From Patescibacteria group bacterium (GTDB lineage Bacteria > Patescibacteriota > Dojkabacteria > JAKAPS01): 64,000 nt of DNA. The notes under the pieces are model-generated. The model searched no databases. It had not been told where the DNA came from and worked only from the letters and a program-made list of their open reading frames with translations. The position numbers and the translations under genes are program-made. Where the stretch lies: contig JANWIC010000008.1 in assembly GCA_025450075.1 (NCBI GenBank), positions 11,289 to 75,288 on the forward strand. The letters are read 5' to 3'. Below are positions 19,627 through 28,674 of the stretch, piece by piece (within the stretch, counting starts at the first letter, position 1; each line of letters opens with the position of its first letter).

Positions 19627-20964
19627 ATGAAATCCAAATTTGTTGTTATAAATAAAAAAGGTGAAATCTTTGATGCAGATAAATATATTTCAAAATCAAA
19701 AGATTTTTCTATCCTCATTGAACGGGAAGCACTTGGAAAAGGTGTGAAACCAAGTGTTGACCAAGAAAAGCCTGAATATATAAAACTGGCTAAAAGATTT
19801 GGGTTCTCCTGGGAGAAAAATGCTGATATCGGATTTATGAGTATGGATTACAAGGCAAACTTTATGCACAGACTTGTAAAAGATTTTGCCAGACAAGTAG
19901 TACATCAAATAGGAATGCCAATTCTTGAGATAAGCGGATCAAGGATGTTTGATATGTCGCATCCTGTTGTTCAGGCATATTCAGATCTTTTTGGTGAACG
20001 GCTTTTTCATCCATCAGTTGGAGAGAAGGATATGGTCATGGGGTATGATTGTTCATATCCGCAATTTAATCTATCGCAAGGATATCAGATGAGCTACAAG
20101 CAGCTTCCGTTTGCACACTTCTCCATAAATGAATGTTTCAGACTTGAGCAAAGCGGTGAATGCATGCTTCTATATAGAGGAAGACAATTCAATATGCCGG
20201 ACCTTCATCCATATTTTAAAGATGTAATGGAAGCATTTGATTGGTATCCAAAAATTGAAAAGCAAGTAAGAGAAGTATTTCAGAACAGCAAAAGAGGATT
20301 TGTTCTTTCTGCTGCAGTTTCTTCCTTACAATATTGGGAAAAATACAAGGAAGAAATATGTTCCATTGCTATCCGAAACAAGAAGGAACTTCTTTTAGAA
20401 ATTCCATTACAGGATATGAATAAGTACTGGATCGTAAATGTAGATTACAAAATTATTGATGCATTCGGTCAATCAAGAGAAATAGCATGTATTCAAATCG
20501 ATGTAGAAAATGCAAAACGACTTGATATTTCATATATTGATGAAAAAGGAGAAAAGCAGTATCCAATTATCATCCATAGCGCTGTAAGCGGTGGAATTGA
20601 ACGATATTTGTATATGTTATTTGATAACTTCAGAAATCACTTTCCACTTTGGCTGCATCCCGTGCAACTGCGCCTTATACCTGTCAGTGAAAAGTATAAT
20701 GAAGTATGTGAAGATTTAGCAAACAAATATGCTAAACAAGTTCGCATTGATGTGGATGACAGATCAGAAAGTGTAGCAAAAAGGATTAAACTTGCTAAAG
20801 AAGATTATATTCCGCATGTATTGGTTATTGGAGAAAAGGAATTATCTCAATCAGACGGTATAAAAGAATTAGAAGATATGATTGTAATGATTAAAAAAGA
20901 GATTAAGAAAAAACCATATTCTCCAATTGACTGGCCAATAATGGTAAGTAAACAGGTGAAATAA
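19627..20964 (+). CDS. Threonyl-tRNA-synthetase-like class IIa aaRS paralog: catalytic and anticodon-binding domains only, no N-terminal TGS/editing domains
   Basis: Motif-2-like 'FSINECFRLEQSGECMLLYRGRQFNMPDLHPYF' (compare ThrRS '[30 protein letters not shown]', recalled from memory). Motif-3-like 'HSAVSGGIERYLYMLFDNF'. Class IIa anticodon-binding C-terminus 'LWLHPVQLRLIPVSEKY'. The position aligned to the zinc-ligand His of ThrRS is Phe. I call the start at ATG 19627; the track's longer ORF uses the GTG at 19519. Confidence 0.6.
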   Translation: MKSKFVVINKKGEIFDADKYISKSKDFSILIEREALGKGVKPSVDQEKPEYIKLAKRFGFSWEKNADIGFMSMDYKANFMHRLVKDFARQVVHQIGMPILEISGSRMFDMSHPVVQAYSDLFGERLFHPSVGEKDMVMGYDCSYPQFNLSQGYQMSYKQLPFAHFSINECFRLEQSGECMLLYRGRQFNMPDLHPYFKDVMEAFDWYPKIEKQVREVFQNSKRGFVLSAAVSSLQYWEKYKEEICSIAIRNKKELLLEIPLQDMNKYWIVNVDYKIIDAFGQSREIACIQIDVENAKRLDISYIDEKGEKQYPIIIHSAVSGGIERYLYMLFDNFRNHFPLWLHPVQLRLIPVSEKYNEVCEDLANKYAKQVRIDVDDRSESVAKRIKLAKEDYIPHVLVIGEKELSQSDGIKELEDMIVMIKKEIKKKPYSPIDWPIMVSKQVK

Positions 20965-21025
20965 AGATGTTGGATATGATGCAAAGAGCCGTCTTAAAAG
21001 CGGCTCTTTCTCATGTAATTTTATA

Positions 21026-22813
21026 TCAACCGTTATTATTTCTAAGCGCTTCAAATGCTTTTGCAACAATTGAACCATGTGTTTCACCTCGAGGAGAGTT
21101 AACAAAACCATACGTTGTATTTGATATTTCAACTAGCCGTTGTAAACGATCATCTTCGGCTTTTGCTTCATCCGGGCTATACCGAGAAAGTACAAGTTCA
21201 ATTGCATTCTGCCAATCTTGTAATGTATATGAATGACCAATTAAATCCTTTTCTTCAAGTTGATATCCCCTACCTTTATCTCTTACCACTCTTTCAATGA
21301 GAAGCGCAGTTGCATGATCAACAATTTCTCGTATACTGCGAGGCGTAAAATTATTAGTTAATGTCGTCACCAAATTGATTATCATTTCTCTTGCTTCCTC
21401 TGAACTTTCAGCGGTAATACCTGATAATAGAGGGTCAAATAATTCGACATGTAATTGAGGAGTGCAAGTAGGTACATGTTTTTCAAGAATAGATCGTCGA
21501 GCATCTTCATCAGGAAGACCGCAAAATATCATAAGACCAAGACGTTCACTTTGGCATAATTGAGGTGAAAGTTTCTCTGGGTAATTAGTTGTTGTTATGA
21601 GTCTAATTCCTGAAGAAAATAATCCGGCTAAAAGATTTAGTAATGCATTACTTGCAGCACTTCCCTGCCCGTCATCTTTGTCAAAAGGCCTTTCCATATC
21701 TTCTAAAATAACTATAATTGGCCTTTGAACCTGCTTAGCGATATCCATAAGTCTTCGTATAAGAGTACGATCTGAAGGGTCTTTTAGCAGATCTGCTGCA
21801 AAATCTGTTGCAGAGATTGGAAGCATTATTACACCATGCTCTTCTTTCATAAGCTCCATAATGAGTCTTGTTTTTCCTGTTCCCATTTGTCCTGCTAACA
21901 TTACTGATCGAGGTCTTCCGGAAACTGAACTTGTAAGAGACGGATTAGCAAGGGGATAAAGAAGTATTCGCCGGATAAGTTGCAACTGATCACTATCGGA
22001 AGGAAGTGTACTTTGGTCTTGCAAACCTAAAACATTCATTTTATGATGAATCTCATACATTAGTCTTGCTTGATCCGCAGGAATTCCTTTACCAGCAAGT
22101 ATGCTAGCAATGTTTATTATTGCCAGCATGATTTCAATCTGGTACATACCATCGTTAACTAGACCTCTCCCACCTACATAAATCCCACCTTCTCTCATTT
22201 CGATAAGATAATTTGGAGAAGGATATAAATTTGAGTTGTTATCAGTAACACGAGAATCAGTAAACCAGTGCATATCTTGTCTTGCTCGGAATCCAGCCGC
22301 AACATCATTTCTTGGTAGTTCTCGCATAATAAATAACCCTTTATCCCTTCTTGTTAACCTTCCTAGATTTTCTTGCCCGCGGAAATATCCTAAAATATGA
22401 TCATCAACGGGAAGATCTTTACCTCTTGCGGTAAGAATTGGATAAGTAAATGCTGTACGTTTTCTCGGCTTCCGTCCAGGGTTCGGACCATATATCATAT
22501 CGGAAACAGTAAACAATTGTTCAAGTTGTTCACCTGTTAAATTTTGAATATTAAATTTAATCTGAATTCTAGGAAAATAATCATCTGGAGACCAGGTACT
22601 TTGAACCTCTACAATATTTATTTCTGGCTGAATTCCACCAATATTTTCTACTAACATCTTTACTGCATTTTGGAAAGCAGTGAGTCCTATTCGATCTGTA
22701 GGGTCAAAGCTTAAGGGATACAATAGAGGATCCCGAGGAAGCCTTGCACTGCTATCCATCTCACTAAGTTCTCGAGCTTGTTCTTCCCCACTGACTGGTT
22801 CTCTTATGCTCAT
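21026..22813 (-). CDS. AAA+ ATPase with a ~300-aa N-terminal domain of unknown function
   Basis: Walker A 'LAGQMGTGKTRLI' and Walker B 'PIIVILEDMERPFD'. The N-terminal half has no recognisable motif. GC content appears higher than in the flanking genes. Confidence 0.6.
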   Translation of the reverse strand: MSIREPVSGEEQARELSEMDSSARLPRDPLLYPLSFDPTDRIGLTAFQNAVKMLVENIGGIQPEINIVEVQSTWSPDDYFPRIQIKFNIQNLTGEQLEQLFTVSDMIYGPNPGRKPRKRTAFTYPILTARGKDLPVDDHILGYFRGQENLGRLTRRDKGLFIMRELPRNDVAAGFRARQDMHWFTDSRVTDNNSNLYPSPNYLIEMREGGIYVGGRGLVNDGMYQIEIMLAIINIASILAGKGIPADQARLMYEIHHKMNVLGLQDQSTLPSDSDQLQLIRRILLYPLANPSLTSSVSGRPRSVMLAGQMGTGKTRLIMELMKEEHGVIMLPISATDFAADLLKDPSDRTLIRRLMDIAKQVQRPIIVILEDMERPFDKDDGQGSAASNALLNLLAGLFSSGIRLITTTNYPEKLSPQLCQSERLGLMIFCGLPDEDARRSILEKHVPTCTPQLHVELFDPLLSGITAESSEEAREMIINLVTTLTNNFTPRSIREIVDHATALLIERVVRDKGRGYQLEEKDLIGHSYTLQDWQNAIELVLSRYSPDEAKAEDDRLQRLVEISNTTYGFVNSPRGETHGSIVAKAFEALRNNNG

Positions 22814-23053
22814 ATAATAAAATTATTGTCTTTCATTATACAAAATATTCATATATCTGCAATTAATGTTCAGATCTTTATTACGTAGAGAATAGTTTTT
22901 GTGTTATCAAATATAATATTCATGTAAATCAACAGGAAATGCCCTATTCCATGCCATCTTAAAAAATGCTTTTTGTATTCGAGTAATATCTTTATTTATA
23001 ATTTCAATTCCCATATCACATTATTTCTTTGTATTTCATGATATACTCTTCCT

Positions 23054-23320
23054 ATGGAATACAAAGAAATTGAAAACCATTACCATGATCTTGGCCTTTT
23101 AACTGAGCATGGCACAGACAAACCCGGAACAGTATACCCACCACATATACATGAAATGACTTATCTATATACCCTTACTGGTTCTCTTTCTATTCGTATT
23201 AGAGACGGTGATTGGCAAACGCTCCAAGCAGGAGATGAATTTATAATTCAGAAAGATGAGTTGCATGAAGCAAAAGTCGGAGAAGATGGATGGGAATATG
23301 TAGCAGCGTGGAGCGAATAG
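23054..23320 (+). CDS. Small cupin-domain protein
   Basis: 88 aa with 'HIHEMTYLYTLTGSLSIRIRDG...DELHEAK', a cupin-like two-motif pattern. Confidence 0.5.
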   Translation: MEYKEIENHYHDLGLLTEHGTDKPGTVYPPHIHEMTYLYTLTGSLSIRIRDGDWQTLQAGDEFIIQKDELHEAKVGEDGWEYVAAWSE

Positions 23321-23370
23321 AAAACTTTTATGAAAAGTCGTATACTTATTGAAATTTATTAAAATTCAGA

Positions 23371-23847
23371 ATGAAAAAATATCTACTCGTTGGTCTTCCT
23401 GCTATTCTTATTATTATAGTCATTATTTTAGTAATAACTCATTCCGATAAAACTACAGCCCCTACTTCTACTAACACGACAACTACTACTGTTGCACAAA
23501 ATAACAATGCAGCCGCACCGCATGATAATATATATCTTACAAAAACCAGTAGTTCTCTAGGCTCATATATGACCGATTTTAATGGCGTCACATTATATAC
23601 TTATGATAATGATTCATCTGGGGTAAGCAACTGTAATACCGGATGTATTGAAACATGGCCTGCATACACGTCAGGGGCAGTAAATCAAGGGTCATTCCCA
23701 ACTGACATTACCGTTATTACTCGAAGTGATGGTACAAAACAATTTGCATATAAAGGAAAGCCATTATATTATTATTCAGGTGACAAAACTTCAGGGGATG
23801 TAAATGGAAATGGCATTGGAGGAATTTGGCATATTATTAAGATGTAA
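23371..23847 (+). CDS. Secreted/lipoprotein of the COG4315 repeat family
   Basis: Signal/TM 'LLVGLPAILIIIVIILVI'. Repeated 'LYTYDND...', 'GTKQFAYKGKPLYYYSGD' and 'GIWHII' patterns typical of the Lipoprotein_15/COG4315 repeat. Confidence 0.55.
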   Translation: MKKYLLVGLPAILIIIVIILVITHSDKTTAPTSTNTTTTTVAQNNNAAAPHDNIYLTKTSSSLGSYMTDFNGVTLYTYDNDSSGVSNCNTGCIETWPAYTSGAVNQGSFPTDITVITRSDGTKQFAYKGKPLYYYSGDKTSGDVNGNGIGGIWHIIKM

Positions 23848-23849
23848 CT

Positions 23850-24401
23850 ATGAATTCGCTTTTTCTATTCAATCTTGTTACTCTAGACGGTTTTTATGCA
23901 GGTCCAAATGGTGATATCGACTGGCACAATGTTGATGAAGAATTTAATCAATTCGCTATAAAACAATTAAATGAAATAGATGTATTGCTTTTTGGCAAAA
24001 CGACATATGATCTCATGGCATCATATTGGCCTACTGATGAAGCAAAAACAGATGATTCAATCATTGCATCAAAAATGAATTCCATTTCAAAGATTGTATT
24101 TTCGACAACAATGCAAGAAGCAAGTTGGGAAAACACAACACTTGTACATCAAATTGAAAAGGATAAGTTGCTCTCCATGAAAGAAACCTCTCGGCTTGCC
24201 ATTTTTGGAAGTGGTAAACTTGCAGTTGATCTCATAAATCAAGGATTAGTTGATGAATTGCGGATTCTCGTAAATCCGGTAATTTTAAGTGAAGGTATGC
24301 GTCATTTAGAAGGAATTTCAAAGCCACATACCCTGCAACTTGTCAGAACACAACAATTCCAATCAGGAAATGTATTGCTCGTGTATAAAATCCTTTATTG
24401 A
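23850..24401 (+). CDS. Dihydrofolate-reductase-family (RibD C-terminal domain) protein
   Basis: 'YWPTDEA', 'LAIFGSGKLAVDLINQGLVDELRILVNPVILSEGMRHLE' and ~180 aa length fit the RibD_C/DHFR-like family. Confidence 0.6.
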   Translation: MNSLFLFNLVTLDGFYAGPNGDIDWHNVDEEFNQFAIKQLNEIDVLLFGKTTYDLMASYWPTDEAKTDDSIIASKMNSISKIVFSTTMQEASWENTTLVHQIEKDKLLSMKETSRLAIFGSGKLAVDLINQGLVDELRILVNPVILSEGMRHLEGISKPHTLQLVRTQQFQSGNVLLVYKILY

Positions 24402-25252
24402 AATCCCTCATTGTCTACGCCAAATGGATAAATGATTGGCAAACTGGATTTTAATATTTTCTCATTTAATACTTGGTACATCATGCTTCTTAGACTTGAT
24501 GGTTTTTCATTTTGTAAAAGTATTGTGTTTGGGTAGAATAACTTGATCCACATTCCTTGGAGCGCATATTCAGCAAATTTTCTTTTGATCCAATCATGCA
24601 ATATCTTATCATCCGGCTTTGGAATATTTACAAAATATTTTCCTGCTCCGAAAGCATTCTTTAATTTTTCAAATTCTTTTTCAAAAGCAATTGTTGGAAA
24701 ATATGACTGAATATTTTTATATATAATTGTAAACGATGATTCAAAATTCCACCCTACTGCATTTTCTATTTCTGTTTCAAATGCATACCAACTTTTTACT
24801 TCAAATGGAATATCATGATATTGTTTAGCAATATAATCTTTTAAATTTGTTCTGTATTCTTCCCATCGATTTTTATACCTATTCATCAGATCTTCTTTAT
24901 CTATTCTTGGATAAATCTTTTTCTGTTGCGAATAGATATAGTATGGATCAGTATTTCCTATCATGACAGTAAGTAAGGTATTCGGATATACATCCAATAT
25001 CTTCTTATATAAATCCATAAGGACAGGAAGGTCAACATCCAGATTATTCCCCTTCGGGTCTAGCGAAACATATTGTTCAGGGCATTCTTGTGAGTACAAG
25101 AATTTCGGATCTATTGTCGAACAGGTGAAACAAAACAAATTTAATCTCTCACCCGTTCTTGTAACCTTTCGAGTTACCATTTGCACTTCGGTATCATCTG
25201 AATTACTTTTATTCTTATCAATCTCTTTTATTAGTTTTTGTAGATTTTTCAT
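24395..25252 (-). CDS. Uncharacterised protein, shorter member of a tandem paralog pair
   Basis: Clear similarity to the upstream ORF: 'PEQYVSLDPKGNNL'/'PESYILTDTAGNNV', 'TVMIGNTDPYYI'/'LVVIGDTDQDTYI' and 'ILLQNEKP'/'ILLQNEFPP'. Start trimmed to Met 'MKNLQKL'. Confidence 0.5.
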   Translation of the reverse strand: MKNLQKLIKEIDKNKSNSDDTEVQMVTRKVTRTGERLNLFCFTCSTIDPKFLYSQECPEQYVSLDPKGNNLDVDLPVLMDLYKKILDVYPNTLLTVMIGNTDPYYIYSQQKKIYPRIDKEDLMNRYKNRWEEYRTNLKDYIAKQYHDIPFEVKSWYAFETEIENAVGWNFESSFTIIYKNIQSYFPTIAFEKEFEKLKNAFGAGKYFVNIPKPDDKILHDWIKRKFAEYALQGMWIKLFYPNTILLQNEKPSSLRSMMYQVLNEKILKSSLPIIYPFGVDNEGFQ

Positions 25253-25259
25253 ATTGATT

Positions 25260-26468
25260 TTATGACCTAAATAGATATATTGCTGGAATTGGATTCCTTT
25301 GTAAATATGCATTAAGCATGTTCGTTCGAAAAACTGGAGGGAATTCATTTTGAAGTAGGATCATGCCTTGAAAGATGTTTGTAATGGTTTTTCCTTGCAT
25401 AGCATACATACATATTTTTCCATAAGCTATCTTTCTAAAAGTCTCATCGTCAGGAAGTGGTATTCCCGGATACCAGTTATTCGCTTCCCAATTTTCACGA
25501 ATTCGTTGAGCTTCTTCTTCTACCATTTCTTGTGAAATTTTCTCATTATAATACGCAATTCCCGGATCAATAGAGTTCCATAAAATTACTGTTAAATCAA
25601 TTGGAGCATCTTTACAATATTTTTGTAATTGATTTACAAGATTTCTCCTGTATTCCTCTTTATACATATTTACTTTTTGTCCATTTACAGAAGGTAACCC
25701 AACTACTGGATCTATATATGTATCCTGATCAGTATCACCAATGACAACAAGCACTTGTAATCGGAGACCATATTTCCCTATTACTTGGGCAATGGTAACT
25801 ACTTTCTCAATCCATCCTCTTACGTTATTCCCTGCAGTATCTGTAAGGATATATGATTCGGGTGATTCACTCCAAAGCTGGGAAGTATCAAGGCTTAAGC
25901 AATTAAATAAAAAAACGTGTAACCGTCCTGAAGGGAGAGTTTCCTTTACACATTCGTATAGACGATTTCTATCCGTTTCTTCCTTCAGTTTATTAAATCT
26001 ACCTAAGACATCACATATCCATGCTGCCTGTTCATCCTCCGGACGTGTCGGGAGAATATATCCTCCTATTGCATCTAAATATTGTGGAAAAGGAGTTTTG
26101 TGTAAATCAGTACGAAATATTTCTCGCATTAATACTAATACTCCCATATATCCGGATAGGATAAAGACATCTTTTCTAGGAGAGTCAGGAGGAAGAAAGT
26201 TTCTCGCCTTTTCAACAAAGGGATCTTCATATTCTGCCGACCACCTTCTTACATATCTATTTTGCAGAAGAAGTTTATCTCTTCCCTCTTCTCTTTTAAA
26301 TTTTTCAACCTTGTCAAGAAGATAAGGTATTCCGCTCACACGCTGATAGATTTCAAATAAGTCGAGAAAGTTCGTTATGGTATCAAGCGGCGGAATAATG
26401 GTGTCTACAATGTCTGTAATTCTATCAGCTTCATCTTTTAATTCAAATTGTTTTATTTCTGTTGACAT
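25260..26468 (-). CDS. Uncharacterised protein, longer member of the tandem paralog pair (extra ~110-aa N-terminal region)
   Basis: Paralogous to 24395..25252 over ~270 aa. No known family recognised. Start trimmed to Met 'MSTEIKQF'. Confidence 0.5.
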   Translation of the reverse strand: MSTEIKQFELKDEADRITDIVDTIIPPLDTITNFLDLFEIYQRVSGIPYLLDKVEKFKREEGRDKLLLQNRYVRRWSAEYEDPFVEKARNFLPPDSPRKDVFILSGYMGVLVLMREIFRTDLHKTPFPQYLDAIGGYILPTRPEDEQAAWICDVLGRFNKLKEETDRNRLYECVKETLPSGRLHVFLFNCLSLDTSQLWSESPESYILTDTAGNNVRGWIEKVVTIAQVIGKYGLRLQVLVVIGDTDQDTYIDPVVGLPSVNGQKVNMYKEEYRRNLVNQLQKYCKDAPIDLTVILWNSIDPGIAYYNEKISQEMVEEEAQRIRENWEANNWYPGIPLPDDETFRKIAYGKICMYAMQGKTITNIFQGMILLQNEFPPVFRTNMLNAYLQRNPIPAIYLFRS

Positions 26469-26660
26469 TATGGTAAGTATAAGATAGAAAAAAATCCCGC
26501 TAAAAGCGGGATATATGAATATGTGCAATTGGTATGATCAATGCCTCAGCACATATTCACCATGTGTATGATGGGAAATTTGAAACGAGATTTTATTCAA
26601 AGAACTTGTTGTCATGTTTTAGCGTATTAAAACAGTGAGATTATATCACAGAGTAAAAAC

Positions 26661-27539
26661 TCATGCAATATTTGCAGGAATCATAATACACATGATTAAA
26701 AGGCTAATAAGAGAGAAGAAAAACATTGATCTTGCCCACTTAGTTTCATCTTTTGCCCTAAATCCCTTTATCCCCAATCTGATCCAGATAATCCCCAGAA
26801 TCGCCATAACAATAAAATATATTTTTCCTGTATAACCCGTTATCGAAAGAATTAGTGATGTAAGTGTAAACAAAATAACAAATATAAGCATTTGTATTTT
26901 AGTGCTTTGTGATCCTTTCTCAACTGGCCAGACATGTAACTTCGCATTTGTATAATCTTTTAACCTGAATAGTGATATGGCATAAAAATGAGGCATCTGC
27001 CACCATACCATCATTAAAAAGAGTAGTACAGCTGCAGTATCAATCCTGTTTGAAACAGCGGTATAACCAGCTAGAAGAGGCATAGCACCGGATATACTGC
27101 CAATGATCGTACTATATATTGAATGCCGTTTTGCAGCTCCATATACAATGATATATATCCCATATCCGATTAGTCCTTCTATCACAGTAATTATATTCGT
27201 AAAGTGTATCAAGAATCCAAATCCAGCAATACCAAGGATTGTTGCATATACAAGAGCATGTGATATTGGAATTGTACCGGTAACAAGAGAACGTCTTTTT
27301 GTTCTTGTCATCTGCGCATCAACTCCTCTATCAATGAAGTTATTAAAGACACAACCTGATGCAATAACAAAAGATGTTCCAAATATTACACCGATTGCAA
27401 TACTCCAATGTATTTTCCAATCAGATGCAAGCAAAAATCCGGAAATAAGGGCAAGGAGATTACCATATACAATTCCAGGTTTTGCAAGTTGATAATATGT
27501 TCGTATTTTTTCCATATGTTTCATCATAACATATCCCAA
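26661..27539 (-). CDS. ctaB: Protoheme IX farnesyltransferase (heme O synthase), UbiA superfamily
   Basis: UbiA-type polytopic protein with 'VWWQMPHFYAISLFRLKDYTNAKLHVWPV', a CyoE/CtaB signature region, and Asp-rich motifs. Confidence 0.75.
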   Translation of the reverse strand: MGYVMMKHMEKIRTYYQLAKPGIVYGNLLALISGFLLASDWKIHWSIAIGVIFGTSFVIASGCVFNNFIDRGVDAQMTRTKRRSLVTGTIPISHALVYATILGIAGFGFLIHFTNIITVIEGLIGYGIYIIVYGAAKRHSIYSTIIGSISGAMPLLAGYTAVSNRIDTAAVLLFLMMVWWQMPHFYAISLFRLKDYTNAKLHVWPVEKGSQSTKIQMLIFVILFTLTSLILSITGYTGKIYFIVMAILGIIWIRLGIKGFRAKDETKWARSMFFFSLISLLIMCIMIPANIA

Positions 27540-27582
27540 TCCCCTCTTCTATTCATTCAGCATTATTAGGTATAATCAGGAC

Positions 27583-27987
27583 ATGGATAACAATGGATAC
27601 TCCCAAAAACCATTACTAGAAAAATTAGGTATAAGGCAAGGATCATCATCCCTCATTCTTCACGCTCCGCAAGAGATGGTTGCATTGCTTCATGAAGCAC
27701 ATCTTCCATTCGACTCAACGATTCAAAGAGATTATGACTTTATCCATGCCTTCTATCTTTCTACCCACGATTTAAAACAGGAATTTACCTCCTTAAAGAA
27801 GCATTTAAATAGGGATGGGATGCTTTGGATTTCCTGGCCAAAGAAAGCATCCCAAATTCAGACAGAATTAAATGAATTGTATATCCGTGAATTTGTTTTG
27901 AAGCATGGCTTAGTTGATACTAAAATTGCATCGGTTAGTGAAATATTTTCAGGATTAAAATTTGTATATAAACTAGATGAAAGATAA
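27583..27987 (+). CDS. Hypothetical protein (possibly DUF3052-like)
   Basis: 'GMLWISWPKKASQ' and 'GLVDTKIASVSEIFSGLKFVYKLDER' resemble DUF3052. Confidence 0.35.
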   Translation: MDNNGYSQKPLLEKLGIRQGSSSLILHAPQEMVALLHEAHLPFDSTIQRDYDFIHAFYLSTHDLKQEFTSLKKHLNRDGMLWISWPKKASQIQTELNELYIREFVLKHGLVDTKIASVSEIFSGLKFVYKLDER

Positions 27988-27990
27988 TAT

Positions 27991-28674
27991 TTGAATATGT
28001 CACAATTAGATATCTGGACAGACGAATACAAAACTCATAAAAACCTCCCCAGCAGCAGGGTGATGGAGCCATCAAAAGTTCTGGTAAGTTTCTTTCAATC
28101 ACCTTATATAAATAATGTTCACACTGCTTTGGATGCTGGATGCGGAATGGGAAGAAATTCCATTTACCTTGCCGAACATGATATCTTTACAACCGGCATT
28201 GATTTTGTCCCTAAAGCAATAGAGGAAGCCAAGAAAAACGCAAGTGAAAAAGGACTTGAAAATATGACAGAATTCTTCTGTCATAAAATGTCTGATCCGT
28301 TCCCCATACAAGAGAAATCAGTCGATCTTGTCATCGATATGATGAGTATACACACACTTCATGAAGATGAAAGAATTGCATATTCGAAAGAAGTAACGAA
28401 AGCACTTAAAAAGCATGGCTTTTTTCTCTTTTTTTCAATTGCAGCAAGTAGCCCCGCAGCCCAAGCGTTATGCAAAGATTATCCTGCGGACGAACCCAGT
28501 TCATATTACATCCCCCAAACTGGAGCATTTGAAAAGGCATTCACAAAAGATGATTTTCAAAAACTTTTTCCTAACTTTACCTTTCAAGATTACCAGGAAT
28601 ATGATATGTATACTCCTGCTTTTGATGATACATACCACCGTCTCTACTGCTCAGGAATACTACAGATGGAATAA
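27991..28674 (+). CDS. Class I SAM-dependent methyltransferase (TehB-like)
   Basis: Motif I 'ALDAGCGMGRNSIYLAEHDIFTTGIDF'. Confidence 0.65.
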   Translation: MNMSQLDIWTDEYKTHKNLPSSRVMEPSKVLVSFFQSPYINNVHTALDAGCGMGRNSIYLAEHDIFTTGIDFVPKAIEEAKKNASEKGLENMTEFFCHKMSDPFPIQEKSVDLVIDMMSIHTLHEDERIAYSKEVTKALKKHGFFLFFSIAASSPAAQALCKDYPADEPSSYYIPQTGAFEKAFTKDDFQKLFPNFTFQDYQEYDMYTPAFDDTYHRLYCSGILQME

